Source: Octopus sinensis
Taxonomy: Eukaryota
Direction of reading: 5' to 3'
DNA: 6,365 nt
Assembly (NCBI RefSeq): GCF_006345805.1
Contig: NW_021829328.1
Span: 1-6,365, forward strand
The notes under the pieces are model-generated. The model was not told the origin of the DNA. It searched no databases and worked only from the letters and a program-made list of their open reading frames with translations. Made by a program: the position numbers and the translations under genes. Shown here one piece after another: positions 5,820-6,365 of this stretch. Every line of letters starts with the position of its first letter. The stretch's first letter is position 1.

Positions 5820-6023
5820 GATCTTTTCTACTCAAGGCACAAGGCCCACAATTTAGGGGGCGGGGCCAGTCGATTAGATCTACCCCAGTACGCAACTGGT
5901 ACTTAAATTATCGATCCCGAAAGGCAAAGTCGACTTCAGCGGAATTTGAACTCTGAACGTAAAGACAGACGAAATACCGATAAGCATTTGTTTCGGCGTG
6001 CTAACGTTTCTGCCAGCTCGCCG
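5820..6023 (-). mobile_element. tRNA-derived SINE, family 2, near full-length copy
   Basis: The minus strand reads CGGCGAGCTGGCAGAAACGTTAGCACGCCG... with A-box-like TGGCAGAAACG (6005-6015) and B box GAGTTCAAATTCC (5941-5953). The central domain GAAGTCGACTTTGCCTTTCGGGATCGATAATTTAAGTACCAG and 3' end GGCCTTGTGCCTTGAGTAGAAAAGAT follow. Homologous to 2168-2387. Confidence 0.88.
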
Positions 6024-6043
6024 ATGGATGGATATATATATTA

Positions 6044-6211
6044 CCTCGGTCTACCTCGCTTTCGCCGTCCATTCACCTCAAACTCTAGCACTCTCTTCAA
6101 AACATGCTCCTAATCCCTCCTCAACACATACCCATACTACCGCACTCCATTCGCCCTTGCCAGCCGTTCCACTGATTTCCCCAACCCCAGCATCCCCATC
6201 AAGTCCTTCTC
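6044..6211 (-). pseudogene. Decayed RTE-clade LINE, C-terminal ORF fragment
   Basis: A minus-strand frame not in the ORF track gives EKDLMGMLGLGKSVERLARANGVR*YGYVLRRD*EHVLKRVLEFEVNGRRKRGRPR (56 codons, two stops). This matches the RTE-clade C-terminal signature R-W-Y-G-H-V-x-R ... G-x-R-x-R-G-R-P. Confidence 0.85.
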
Positions 6212-6310
6212 TTATAAAACAGGCAATTTCTGTGTCTGTTACCATCTTGATGCCCATACCAACGAACCAATCTTCACGAAACTTTGCATACACGTTAAAA
6301 TAACATCCAG
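6212..6310 (-). mobile_element. Possible 3' part of a non-autonomous Helitron/HINE-like element
   Basis: The minus strand has TGTATGCAAAGTTTCGTGAAGATTGGTTC ... GTAACAGACACAGAAATTGCCTGTTTTATA, similar in wording to DINE/HINE-type repeats (AAGTTTC...GATTGG, ACAGACA, T-rich end). RTE homology stops abruptly at 6211. Boundaries are approximate. Confidence 0.3.
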
Positions 6311-6365
6311 TTCAATTATAGGCCAATTGGATTTCAATAACAATCGATAATGGGCCTCTTACGGG

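Noticed and set aside
5998-6303. 101-aa plus-strand and 71-aa minus-strand ORFs
   Set aside because: They are the antisense and off-frame shadows of the RTE relic. The meaningful frame is a different, stop-containing one.

Overview
AT-rich, repeat-saturated eukaryotic DNA (intergenic or intronic) with no supportable protein-coding exon, RNA gene or CRISPR array. The repeat families look like those of coleoid cephalopods, most likely Octopus; this is recognition from memory, not a database result. The window holds two full-length, independently inserted copies of a tRNA-headed SINE (909-1310, 1671-2087) plus an internal fragment (3552-3647). It also holds two opposed copies of a second SINE family (2168-2387 +, 5820-6023 -) and a third, 3'-truncated SINE (4689-4859). 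Two copies of an unclassified ~560-bp (TAA)n-associated element (2671-3263, 3646-4180) match at 492 of 519 aligned bases with no indels. Two decayed retroelement coding relics are invisible in the ORF track: a Penelope-like GIY-YIG endonuclease (5465-5775 +) and an RTE-clade LINE ORF C-terminus (6044-6211 -). Microsatellites are frequent. All ORFs in the supplied track are best explained as read-throughs of repeats. I found no convincing new biological system. The best leads are the TAA-associated element, its fusion to a SINE fragment, and a 3' module shared between SINE families.
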